From a bacterium (GTDB lineage Bacteria > Patescibacteriota > Patescibacteriia > UBA1558 > GWA2-36-10), in assembly GCA_018653315.1 (NCBI GenBank), contig JABIAL010000009.1, positions 1-61,049 on the forward strand: DNA of 61,049 nt, given 5' to 3'. Below the pieces are notes generated by a model. That model ran no database searches. It was not told the origin of the DNA and saw nothing but the letters and a program-made list of their open reading frames with translations. Below, in pieces: positions 39,876 to 48,972 of the stretch. Position 1 is the stretch's first letter, and each line of letters opens with the position of its first letter. A program made the translations under genes and the position numbers.

Positions 39876-40675
39876 TTATTATTCAAAACCAAACCTATCT
39901 TGGGTCCCGTAGCTTGGGACTCTTTTTGATTCCATTCAGCAATAGAATAAAATAAATTTTCACTAGTATAAACAAATTCAGCTCCCCAACTTGTTCCCGG
40001 ATCATTGGTAATAAAATGATCCTCACTATATCCCTTGATGACTAACATATGATAATCTGGCCCGTCATTAGAAAAATACGGATTATTTAATTTATGCCCG
40101 TCAGCCGGCACAATTACCGGCAGGCCTGTTTGTAAATATTCTTTTACCTTATCTGGAGTCAGATCAATTATTAATTCTGTCTGATAACCAAATGTGATCT
40201 CTACAAATTCTGCTAATTCTTCCATAGTTAAGTTGTGATGATCTCCCCAATTTTCTATTTGCCAATCAGTCATATCTTTTAATAAACTTTCAGTCTCTAC
40301 AAGGCCAGGCAAAGCCGTACCTTGATAATAATAATCGACCATCAAAACACTCGCCTCTTCACAAGCATCTTGCCACGGTTGACCCCAGTTTGCTGTTGGT
40401 GCTTGAGATGTAAAAGGCACGTCTAGATTAATAGCATCAATCAAAACAATTTCATCATCCTGCCTGTCCTTTGAAGCTTTAGCGGAAGAGGAAGCTCGTT
40501 GAAGGACTTCTTCAATAATTTCTATTTCTTTCTCAATATCAGGAGTAGAAGTAGTGAAGGCTTGATACTCTTGAGCTATGGGCACATCAATATTAATAAC
40601 AGCTGATTCTTGTTTTTGATATAAATATATACCAGTCACTACTATTAAAATAGCTAAAATAATTATCTTTTTCAT
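39872..40675 (-). CDS. membrane-anchored C39-like cysteine peptidase-fold protein
   Basis: 267 aa. N-terminal TM. DVPFTSQAPTANWGQPWQDACEEASVLMV resembles the Peptidase_C39_2 / BtrH-type N-terminus. Confidence 0.6.
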   Translation of the reverse strand: MKKIIILAILIVVTGIYLYQKQESAVINIDVPIAQEYQAFTTSTPDIEKEIEIIEEVLQRASSSAKASKDRQDDEIVLIDAINLDVPFTSQAPTANWGQPWQDACEEASVLMVDYYYQGTALPGLVETESLLKDMTDWQIENWGDHHNLTMEELAEFVEITFGYQTELIIDLTPDKVKEYLQTGLPVIVPADGHKLNNPYFSNDGPDYHMLVIKGYSEDHFITNDPGTSWGAEFVYTSENLFYSIAEWNQKESQATGPKIGLVLNNN

Positions 40676-40706
40676 ACCATCAGCTTAACAGTAAACAAAT
40701 TTTTTG

Positions 40707-40738
40707 GCAAAAAAAAGGATTAATAAATATTAATCCTT
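40707..40738 (-). terminator. intrinsic terminator upstream of the C39-like gene
   Basis: Minus strand AAGGATTAATA..TATTAATCCTT palindrome followed by TTTTTTTT. Confidence 0.65.
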
Positions 40739-41006
40739 TACGAATTTATGGTTACAGACCGAAGTCTGTAAATGTTCCATCTAGTGTTCCTCCTGATTGG
40801 AGAGAACTAAGTAATTCGCTAATGAGATTTGCCATAAAGCCAAGCAGATCAAAAATAAGCGAAAATACTTCCGGAGCAAACAACTTAAGCAAAGCTAGTA
40901 AAACGAGTAATTGTATGAATTTATACATACATTTACTTATTAAAACAAGGCCTGAAGATAATATCAAAGATGATGGACAATCATCTTCAAGCAATATGCT
41001 CAAGAT

Positions 41007-41060
41007 ATTTCCTGCAGGATTGTCAGCTCAAGTATTTAAACTCACAATCCTACAGGAAAT
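41007..41060. promoter_or_regulatory. 17-bp inverted repeat (one mismatch) separated by 20 nt
   Basis: ATTTCCTGCAGGATTGT (41007-23) and ACAATCCTACAGGAAAT (41044-60). Confidence 0.6.
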
Positions 41061-41192
41061 GTCTACTCAGTTGTAATGTACCTCTACTATCTATATAACA
41101 TAGTCAATAAAATATGTCAATGGCGGTTGCTTAATAAATTCCATACCGTTAAAAAGAAAACCGACTTTGCGCTAACAAGGCCGGTCATAGTT

Positions 41193-41387
41193 TTACTTTT
41201 GCCAAACAATGAGATCGCTGTGATTAGCAAGCTCAATCTGTTCAAGATCGTTAGTCCTGGTTCCCAAAAACATAGTCTCGCCATCATATCTTACCAAAGT
41301 CTCACCTGCTGTACAGATATGATACTCATCAGGAACAAGCACACCCTTCTTACCATTGGTCTTGTTGCGAACTCGACGCTCAGCCAT
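41193..41387 (-). CDS. 64-aa hypothetical protein (alternative coupled start at 41459 gives 88 aa)
   Basis: GAGGAG 6 nt before the ATG at 41387. Terminator-like hairpin plus TTTTCTTTTT follows the stop. The upstream ATG at 41459 overlaps the comM TGA as ATGA. Confidence 0.55.
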   Translation of the reverse strand: MAERRVRNKTNGKKGVLVPDEYHICTAGETLVRYDGETMFLGTRTNDLEQIELANHSDLIVWQK

Positions 41388-41455
41388 ACTGGTCTCCTCA
41401 CTTGTGACTAAATGTGCTGATAACGCATTATAAATTATTTTACTTATATTGTCAA

Positions 41456-42988
41456 TCATCCAAATATTCTAGCTCGATAAAGCAAGGCCTCTAAAATATC
41501 ACCCTCCTCTATTTGCTCTCGCTCAGCCAAATCTGCAATGGTCCGAGCAACTTTTAAAACTTTAAAATATGCTCTAGCTGAAAGTTGCAGTTTATCTGTT
41601 GCTTGACGCAAAGTATTTAGAGATTTATCATCTAAGTGACAAAATTCTTTTATCTGTCTCTGATCTAAATTTGCATTCAAGATGTCTGCTCTACTTTCTT
41701 GCTGTTGTCGCGCTAGCACTACGCGCTGACAAATATTTTTTGAACTTTCAGCTATTATATCCTCGCCTAATTCCTGTGTTTTAACTTTATCAACCTGTAA
41801 ATGTAAATCAATCCGATCTAACAACGGACCTGAAATTCTTTTTTGATAACGCTCTATCTCAGAAACTGAACACTTGCATTTTCTATCTTGATCAGTCAAA
41901 AATCCACAAGGACAGGGGTTAGCCGCAGCTAATAAAATAAAATTAGCTGGAAAATCTAAAGACCCTCTAACCCGAGATACCGTAATGACTTTGTCTTCTA
42001 ATGGCTGACGTAAAGATTCTAAAACTACTCTGGGAAATTCCAAAATTTCATCCAAAAATAAAATGCCTCGATGAGCTAGACTAATTTCTCCCGGCCGCGG
42101 CCAAGAACCTCCGCCGACTATAGCTGCCACGGAAGATGAATGATGTGGCGATCTTAATAAATATTGATCAACTAGCGGCCGGTCACTAGATAATAAGCCA
42201 GCTAAACTATGAATCTTACTTATTTCTAAAGCCGACTTTAAATCAAGTGGCGGTAAAATAGATAAAAAAGCTTTAGCTAACATAGTTTTACCGGCTCCCG
42301 GTGGCCCAATTAATAAAACATTATGTCCACCGGCTGCTGAAATCTCTAAAACCCGTTTAGCGCTAAGCTGACCTTTAACTGATGCAAAATCAACCGCAGC
42401 TTTATTTACTTGTGGCTCAAATGTTTTTGTTTTAATTGGATCGATACTATTTTTTTTATTCAAATAATCCGCAAGTTGCCGTAAGCTATCTACTGGATAA
42501 ATATCTATTCCTGAAATAATAGCCACCTCCGCTGTATTCGTACTTGGTAAAAATACCTTGCTAAACCCCAAGGACTTTAAAGCCGACGCCATAACTAAAA
42601 TACCTGGTACTGCTTTCAATTCTCCTGTTAAAGAAAGTTCACCAATAAAAGCTACTTTTTCATCTAGCCCGCCTTGACTCGGCGAGGCAGGTAATTCTAC
42701 TTGCTCACTGGCTTGTAAAATACTAATTGCAATTGCTAAATCATAAGCCCCGCCCTCCTTGCGAATTTGAGCTGGCGCTAAATTAATTACTACTTTTTTT
42801 CTAGGATAATGTAGCTCACTATTTTCGATCGCCGCCCACACTCGCTCACGCGCTTCTTGAACAGCTGTATCCGGCAATCCTACTAAGATTGTCCGTGGTA
42901 AATGTTGAGATAAATTTGTTTCTACTTCTACCAAAATTCCCTCTAAACCCAAAGGAGCTACAGTGTAAATTTTCTGCATTTTAAACAT
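41456..42988 (-). CDS. comM: Mg-chelatase-like AAA+ protein YifB/ComM
   Basis: 510 aa. Lon-protease-like N-domain, Walker A GPPGAGKT, LFLDE Walker B, C-terminal Mg-chelatase-type domain. Confidence 0.9.
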   Translation of the reverse strand: MFKMQKIYTVAPLGLEGILVEVETNLSQHLPRTILVGLPDTAVQEARERVWAAIENSELHYPRKKVVINLAPAQIRKEGGAYDLAIAISILQASEQVELPASPSQGGLDEKVAFIGELSLTGELKAVPGILVMASALKSLGFSKVFLPSTNTAEVAIISGIDIYPVDSLRQLADYLNKKNSIDPIKTKTFEPQVNKAAVDFASVKGQLSAKRVLEISAAGGHNVLLIGPPGAGKTMLAKAFLSILPPLDLKSALEISKIHSLAGLLSSDRPLVDQYLLRSPHHSSSVAAIVGGGSWPRPGEISLAHRGILFLDEILEFPRVVLESLRQPLEDKVITVSRVRGSLDFPANFILLAAANPCPCGFLTDQDRKCKCSVSEIERYQKRISGPLLDRIDLHLQVDKVKTQELGEDIIAESSKNICQRVVLARQQQESRADILNANLDQRQIKEFCHLDDKSLNTLRQATDKLQLSARAYFKVLKVARTIADLAEREQIEEGDILEALLYRARIFG

Positions 42989-43190
42989 ATAAAAAATCGC
43001 TTAATTCTTAAACGAAGAAAAAAAGCGATCGGTGTCAGCTTAAATACATTATATATAAACAAAAAAACTAACCCATGCCCCCGCATTCACTTTTCTTCTT
43101 CATTTCTATCTTATGCTCTCTGTATATTTTTGTCAACCAAAAAAACTTCGTTTTCATAACGAAGTTTTTTTATTTTATATAGTGTATTTT

Positions 43191-43628
43191 TTATTTATTT
43201 AATTTTATATATTTTTTATAAAATAATTCAAAATATAAAATCCATATTACACCAGTTGTGATATAAATATCACTGAGATTAAAGACACTAAAAAATGGTA
43301 TGTTTATAAAATCAATAACAGCGTTATAATTTATCCTGTCTAACAAATTACTAAGTGCTCCGATGATAATCAAGGCAAGCGGCCAGTGTAAAATATGTTT
43401 TTTCTTAAATTTTTTCCACCAAGCAACTATCAAGCCAACTATAATCAAAATTACCAATGGATAAATAATAAAAATAGCCAAAGGAATAGAAAAAGCAATA
43501 TCTGGATTAAAATATAAACTAAAAAACTCACCCCAACCACCAGGTAAAGATGAATTTCTCAAAAAATAGACCTTAGTCAATCGATCAACAATAAATAAAC
43601 CAATTAAGCTTAGGAAATATTTATACAT
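43191..43628 (-). CDS. lspA: lipoprotein signal peptidase II
   Basis: 145 aa with 4 TM. NPDIAFSI and VIDFINIP / FNLSDIYITTG motifs. Confidence 0.8.
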   Translation of the reverse strand: MYKYFLSLIGLFIVDRLTKVYFLRNSSLPGGWGEFFSLYFNPDIAFSIPLAIFIIYPLVILIIVGLIVAWWKKFKKKHILHWPLALIIIGALSNLLDRINYNAVIDFINIPFFSVFNLSDIYITTGVIWILYFELFYKKYIKLNK

Positions 43629-43630
43629 CG

Positions 43631-43993
43631 TTATAATACTTTTCTTTTACAAGTCATACAGGTGGTAGCTGATGGAAAAGCCTCTAATCTCTTAGGATTA
43701 ATTGGGGCACTACATTTTTCACAGGTACCATAATTACCAGCTTCGATTTTCTTCAAAGCTTTATTAACATTGAACAAAGAAACCTCTAAGGTTTTTTCCA
43801 TGGATAAATTTTTTTCAAAAACAGCTACTTCAGCAGCATTCTCATCATCCTTATCACCAAAGTCCGGAAACTTTGCATCATAATCATCCTCTGTTACCTT
43901 AACAGCATCAACGCTAAGTTGTTGTAAAAGCTCTTCTTTCCTTTTTAGTAATTCTTGCTTTCTAGTAGCAATAGATTTTGCGTCTAATTTCAT
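43631..43993 (-). CDS. DksA/TraR-family C4 zinc-finger protein
   Basis: 120 aa. Coiled-coil N-terminus and CEKCSAPI..(17)..CMTC finger. Confidence 0.8.
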   Translation of the reverse strand: MKLDAKSIATRKQELLKRKEELLQQLSVDAVKVTEDDYDAKFPDFGDKDDENAAEVAVFEKNLSMEKTLEVSLFNVNKALKKIEAGNYGTCEKCSAPINPKRLEAFPSATTCMTCKRKVL

Positions 43994-44124
43994 ATTTTTG
44001 ACCTTTCTAATCCCGAAATTATTTTATTCCGGAAATTTTCTATTTATTTTTAACTACTGTATCTTAGCAAATAATCAAGTTAAAATCAAGGCAAATTTTA
44101 GTGATATTTTTTAAAAAATTAACA

Positions 44125-44320
44125 AATAAAAAGGCGCATCCCGCGCCCCGTTAAATTTGATTTACTGGGTGAGATGCGCCTACTGTCTCTATAAGTCACT
44201 TGTGCTCAACTTTTTTGGTTGAGTTTGGCAAGATTTTGACTTACAAAAACGTTGACGCTTCGTCCTGACTCTAGAAGCCTGCCATTTTACCATACTTTGG
44301 TATCGATCTCCATTATCTTT
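44125..44320 (-). ncRNA. candidate ~190-nt multi-hairpin RNA (class unknown)
   Basis: Minus-strand helices: UACCA/UGGUA, GGCAGG/CUUGCC enclosing GACG-AAG-CGUC, CUCAAC/GUUGAG, and terminal GGCGCAUC (44180-73) / GAUGCGCC (44140-33) followed by UUUUU. GC-rich islands lie in a 660-nt AT-rich gap with no credible ORF. Confidence 0.35.
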
Positions 44321-44653
44321 TTGTAATGAGGATGAACCTTTTTTTACTTTTGTTTTTGTTTTTTGATTTAAGACAGTCAGGGTGTCTTATAAATTTAAAT
44401 ATAGTAAAATGGAAAGAATTATTCACTAACACACTGTTTAACGAACAAGTCTCTAGGTTTGTAAAAGAACTATTATTTATCAACAACTTAATTATATCAT
44501 AGAAATACAAGAATGTCAATGTTGATTAGCGCCTAAGATTAGCTAAACATTTTACTATGTTATAAAATAAATTGACACATTAGCAAAACTTCATCTTAAT
44601 TTATCAACAGTTTATCCACACTTCGACTACGCTCAGTGCAGGCAATACTTATT

Positions 44654-46051
44654 TTACTCAAAACAAAGACGATATCCATGAGTTAAATGATTCTGATAAG
44701 CAAAAATATCAAGTTGGTCAACTTTATTCGGTAAATACTCTCCTAAACCAATGATAGCTATACTCTTATCATCCAAATGCACCCAATCAGTTACTAGGCT
44801 ACTAGAATTAAAACTACAATTTCGCCAAAAATCAGTCGCTGATTTGCTATGAAGTAAAATATTTTTAATACTTGCCTCTGAATTACTCAAATAATACAAA
44901 TCATTCACCTGCACTCCAAATAAATCTCCCATCTGCCAATAACTTTGTTCCCCTAAACTAAAATTCTGAAACTCTAACTCGGTATTTTTTACTAATTCAG
45001 TATATAAAGTACCATCGACTAAGGTCCTAGCAACTTCTTTGGTTGTGAAATTGGGTAATAAAGAAAAAATGTACTCTTGCCAGTCATTGTGCCCTACCCA
45101 AAGCCATTGTTGGTCGTCAATTTTAATTAATGAGCTTGTTTGCCACAAATTATTTAGAATATTTTCATCAAAAATATAAAAACCCGGAAGATCAACAAAT
45201 AATTTAGCTACAATAAACTGACTCAACCATTTTTGCGTCTCTAATGATAAATTATTTATCGCTAAAACAGCTTGAAACTTTTTAGGTAAACTAATTTGCG
45301 ACCAAGAAGTGTCTTCTGTCTCATCTTCTTCATTTTTAACTTGATAAATATCTACCAGATAAGTTTTACCATCAAAATCTAATTGTAAAAATATTTCCTG
45401 CTCACTAAAATCAGTTTTTAAATACTGTATTAAGGAATTTAAAAATTCTGGTGCTTGTGTAGGGTCAAAATAAATATTTTCTCCAACCCGTCTTTGTGCC
45501 ATTGGTAATTTATTTACTAATGCCGGAGATAATTGTTCAGATAATTGTTCTTGTTTAGTGATTAGCAATATTTGATCATTAATTCTAGTAAAAAACCAAT
45601 CCGAATTTTCTTTAGTTAAGTACTCTATCTCCTCTTTACTTAAATTACCAACAACACGCAATAAATAATGGTCTTCATTTATATTATCTGTTTGAAACCA
45701 AATAACTTCCTCTATCTGAGCCATCATAACTTCCAAAATATTTTCTAAATCTGCAATCTTAGCCAAAGGCACTGCACGATCAAAAATGATGGTGTGTTGA
45801 TCCACCTGCCAATCCCTATCTGTCCATTGATAATAAAAAGTAGTATTATCAGGTAAAAAATTATAGGCCGAAAACTCGGGCTTGACTGAAAACCACCAAG
45901 TTAAGGATATCAAAACTACTACCAATGCTATCATATAAGTCACTGGCCAAGGAGTTTTTTTGATTTTTAGAGAATGTAGAAAATCCACATTAAAATTATT
46001 TTTTCTTAAAAAATGGTTTTTTATCTCTCGATCCTGTTCGGGATCGATCAT
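44654..46051 (-). CDS. hypothetical membrane-anchored protein
   Basis: 465-aa ORF with TM WPVTYMIALVVVLISLTWWF. The annotated start overlaps the pnp 3' end by 56 nt; an internal Met at 45934 is possible. Confidence 0.6.
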   Translation of the reverse strand: MIDPEQDREIKNHFLRKNNFNVDFLHSLKIKKTPWPVTYMIALVVVLISLTWWFSVKPEFSAYNFLPDNTTFYYQWTDRDWQVDQHTIIFDRAVPLAKIADLENILEVMMAQIEEVIWFQTDNINEDHYLLRVVGNLSKEEIEYLTKENSDWFFTRINDQILLITKQEQLSEQLSPALVNKLPMAQRRVGENIYFDPTQAPEFLNSLIQYLKTDFSEQEIFLQLDFDGKTYLVDIYQVKNEEDETEDTSWSQISLPKKFQAVLAINNLSLETQKWLSQFIVAKLFVDLPGFYIFDENILNNLWQTSSLIKIDDQQWLWVGHNDWQEYIFSLLPNFTTKEVARTLVDGTLYTELVKNTELEFQNFSLGEQSYWQMGDLFGVQVNDLYYLSNSEASIKNILLHSKSATDFWRNCSFNSSSLVTDWVHLDDKSIAIIGLGEYLPNKVDQLDIFAYQNHLTHGYRLCFE

Positions 46052-48230
46052 CTCTACCTCTTGCTGGAGGCATAGTAGCTGTCATTCCCTCTGGACGAGG
46101 CAACAATTCTTTAATAGAAAGTCCAATACGATTCTTTTCTTTATCAACTTCCATTACTTTTACTTTGACGATGTCACCAACTTTTACTTTATCGCTAACT
46201 TTGTTAACACGCTCGTGGGCTATGTTTGAAATGTGCACCATACCATCCTTGTTTGGTCCTAACTCTACGATCGCTCCGATGTCTGTGCCTTTGTTTCGAT
46301 CTGTAACTATCTTTATAATCGGTCCTTCAAAAATTTCACCAACTTCAACTTCACGAACAATGTTTTTGATCCATTCTTCAGCCTTAGTAGCGCCTTCTTG
46401 ATCGGATCCCGTGATCATCACTAGACCATCTTGTTCGATATCAATGGCAACACCACATTTTTCAATAATTTCATTTATAATTTTACCACCAGAACCAATA
46501 ACGTCTCTGATTTTTTCTGGATCAATATGCATAGTAGTAATACGAGGAGCGTATTGAGATAATTCCGCTCTTGGTTCAGCAATAGCTGTAGCCATAACAT
46601 CCAAAATTTTCTCACGAGCTACTTTAGCAGCTACTAACGTCTCCTCTACCACCTGATAGCTAATACCATCTGATTTAATATCTAATTGGATAGCTGTAAT
46701 TCCATTTTTGGTACCAGCTACTTTGAAATCCATATGACCAGAGTGATCTTCGATGCCTTGAATATCAGTTAATATCTGATATTTTTTTGGATCGTCATCA
46801 CTCAATACTAATCCCATAGCAATACCGGCAACCGGAGCCTTAATAGGCACACCAGCATCCATTAAAGATAAAGTAGATCCACAAATAGAAGCTTGTGAAG
46901 ATGAACCATTTGATCCTAACACTTCACTTACAACACGAATAGTATAAGGGAACTCATCATTGTTTGGTAATACTGGAATCAAAGCTTTTTCAGCTAAAGC
47001 ACCATGTCCAATTTCACGACGCCCTGGTCCACGTAAAGGTTTTACCTCTCCCACAGAATATCCTGGAAAATTATAGTGGTGCATGTATTTTTTGGTACCA
47101 GATTCTTCCATGGTATCTAAAGTTTGCTCATCCCCAGGAGAACCTAAAGTAACAATAGACAAAACTTGAGTTTCACCACGAGAGAATAAACCGCTGCCAT
47201 GAATACGTGGCAATAATCCAGCCTCAGTTGTCAGAGTTCTAACTTCATCAAAAGCTCTTCCGTCTGGACGTTTATTATTTTCTAAAACCAAAACTTTAAA
47301 TGCTTTATTTAGAGCTTCATCCATCATAGCTAGACCCGTTGAACGCATATCCTTACTAACTTCATTGTCTTCTTTTAAGATAGCGCCTAATTCTTCTTCA
47401 ACTTTAACAATAGCCTCTCTCATTTTTGATTTATCTGCATGAAAACAACTAGTCAAATCTTGAGTAGCTAAAAAGTCTTCTACTTTTTTAGTAACTTGAT
47501 CTCTTTCGGCTTTTAATTCTTCATCAATAACTGCCTCTGCTTTTGGTACACCAATTTTTTTGATAATATCATCAATAAAGCCAACCATTTTTTTGATATG
47601 CTTTCCGGCAAACTGAATACCGGTAAATATATCCGCTTCAGAAATTTCTTGGCCACCAGCTTCAATCATAATAACCTCGCTAGCAGAGCCAGAAACAAAT
47701 AATTCTAAATCACTCTTAGCGCTTGCTTCTACTGTAGGGTTAATCACCCATTCTTCACCTACACGACCGACACTTAATCCAGCCAATGGTCCATTCCATG
47801 GAATTGGAGACATAGCCAAGGCAATTGAAGCTCCAAGCATACTTGGAAACGTCGGATCACTAATGCCATCATAAGCCAAAACAGTAATAACGACTTGGAC
47901 GTCATTACGACTTGCTTCGTTGAACAATGGGCGGATAGAACGGTCAATTAAACGACCAGTTAATACTGCTTCGTCAGTTGCCCGACCTTCACGTTTGATA
48001 AAACGAGATCCTTTGATCTTACCGGCAGCATAAAGACGTTCTTCATAATCTACCATCAAAGGGAAATAACTAATTCCTTCTCGTGGCTGACGAGAAGTAA
48101 CTGCCGTAGCTAAAATAACAGTTTCCCCATAAGTAACTGTACATGAACCATGTGCTTGCTTAGCTAATTTACCAACTTCTACTTCTAGTTGGCGACCACC
48201 AATCTCGGTGGTAAATTTTGTTTTAGACAT
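45996..48230 (-). CDS. pnp: polyribonucleotide nucleotidyltransferase (PNPase)
   Basis: 744 aa. Two RNase PH domains, KH (GSGGKIINEI) and S1 (VGEIFEGPIIKI) domains. AAGGAG SD. Confidence 0.97.
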   Translation of the reverse strand: MSKTKFTTEIGGRQLEVEVGKLAKQAHGSCTVTYGETVILATAVTSRQPREGISYFPLMVDYEERLYAAGKIKGSRFIKREGRATDEAVLTGRLIDRSIRPLFNEASRNDVQVVITVLAYDGISDPTFPSMLGASIALAMSPIPWNGPLAGLSVGRVGEEWVINPTVEASAKSDLELFVSGSASEVIMIEAGGQEISEADIFTGIQFAGKHIKKMVGFIDDIIKKIGVPKAEAVIDEELKAERDQVTKKVEDFLATQDLTSCFHADKSKMREAIVKVEEELGAILKEDNEVSKDMRSTGLAMMDEALNKAFKVLVLENNKRPDGRAFDEVRTLTTEAGLLPRIHGSGLFSRGETQVLSIVTLGSPGDEQTLDTMEESGTKKYMHHYNFPGYSVGEVKPLRGPGRREIGHGALAEKALIPVLPNNDEFPYTIRVVSEVLGSNGSSSQASICGSTLSLMDAGVPIKAPVAGIAMGLVLSDDDPKKYQILTDIQGIEDHSGHMDFKVAGTKNGITAIQLDIKSDGISYQVVEETLVAAKVAREKILDVMATAIAEPRAELSQYAPRITTMHIDPEKIRDVIGSGGKIINEIIEKCGVAIDIEQDGLVMITGSDQEGATKAEEWIKNIVREVEVGEIFEGPIIKIVTDRNKGTDIGAIVELGPNKDGMVHISNIAHERVNKVSDKVKVGDIVKVKVMEVDKEKNRIGLSIKELLPRPEGMTATMPPARGRDDRSRTGSRDKKPFFKKK

Positions 48231-48395
48231 AATGTCAACTCCTTTTTAACAGTAGCTGATCATACAAGCCTTAGACCGTTAATTAGCATTCATTGCAACT
48301 AATAGTCTATCGTTTGTTGACCAACTAATGTTTTAATTAATTATCTTAAAATAAACCAATAGCCCCACCCACAAAGGGGTAGGACTAAAATATTT

Positions 48396-48749
48396 TTATT
48401 CTTTTTTATCTTCTACCTCTTCTTTTTTGTTCTTAGCGTTTTTATTGCCAGGAAAACCATCCTCATACTGCAGTTCTCTTTTAGCAATTTTTAATTTTAA
48501 AGCTTTTACTAGTTTAATAAAACGCTTATCATCTTCCCGTTCTAGATAACGTAACAATTTATGACGTAGCGCAACCTTTGCAAGTAAACCACGACGAGAT
48601 GAAAAATCTTTTTTATGTGTTTTTAAATGATTGGTCAATTCTTTGATCTCTTCGGTCAAAATAGCGACCTGTACTTCAGTAGAACCTGTATCGTTTTTAT
48701 GAGTACGAAACTTCTCTACTACTTTTAACTTCTTTTTTTTATCTAACAT
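48396..48749 (-). CDS. rpsO: 30S ribosomal protein S15 with ~29-aa acidic/basic C-terminal extension
   Basis: Start re-set to MLDKKKK. Core HKNDTGSTEVQVAILTEEIKELTNHLKTHKKDFSSRRGLL. Conserved rpsO-pnp order. Confidence 0.9.
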   Translation of the reverse strand: MLDKKKKLKVVEKFRTHKNDTGSTEVQVAILTEEIKELTNHLKTHKKDFSSRRGLLAKVALRHKLLRYLEREDDKRFIKLVKALKLKIAKRELQYEDGFPGNKNAKNKKEEVEDKKE

Positions 48750-48891
48750 AATTTTCCTTTTTTCCCTACTCCGAGTCATGCCTCATCTAATTGTCAGGCC
48801 AAGCCCAGTAGTGGGAATTACTTATAAAATACTTCTGTAAATTAACATTTTTATTATAAAAAGTCAATATTAGATCTAAAACACATAACTA

Positions 48892-48920
48892 TTGACAAAA
48901 TACCAAAAATATACTAAATT
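48892..48920 (+). promoter_or_regulatory. sigma70-type promoter
   Basis: TTGACA (48892-97), 17-nt spacer, TAAATT (48915-20). Confidence 0.55.
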
Positions 48921-48972
48921 AAGATATTAATAGTTCCATCAATCATCACCAGAGCCAATCTAGGAGGCTATC

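Noticed and set aside
43068-43103. 11-codon leader peptide (MKKKSECGGMG) upstream of comM
   Set aside because: Its ATG lies at about the transcription start predicted from the TTGACA/TAAGAT promoter, and it has no SD, so I do not call it as a gene.
44313-44519. 68-aa ORF in the 660-nt gap, and likewise 51779..51985, 12386..12592, 12629..12814, 40822..41076, 41076..41411, 55144..55379, 58025..58222, 50402..50584
   Set aside because: These give AT-rich low-complexity translations, lack SD or promoter logic, or overlap better-supported features on the other strand.
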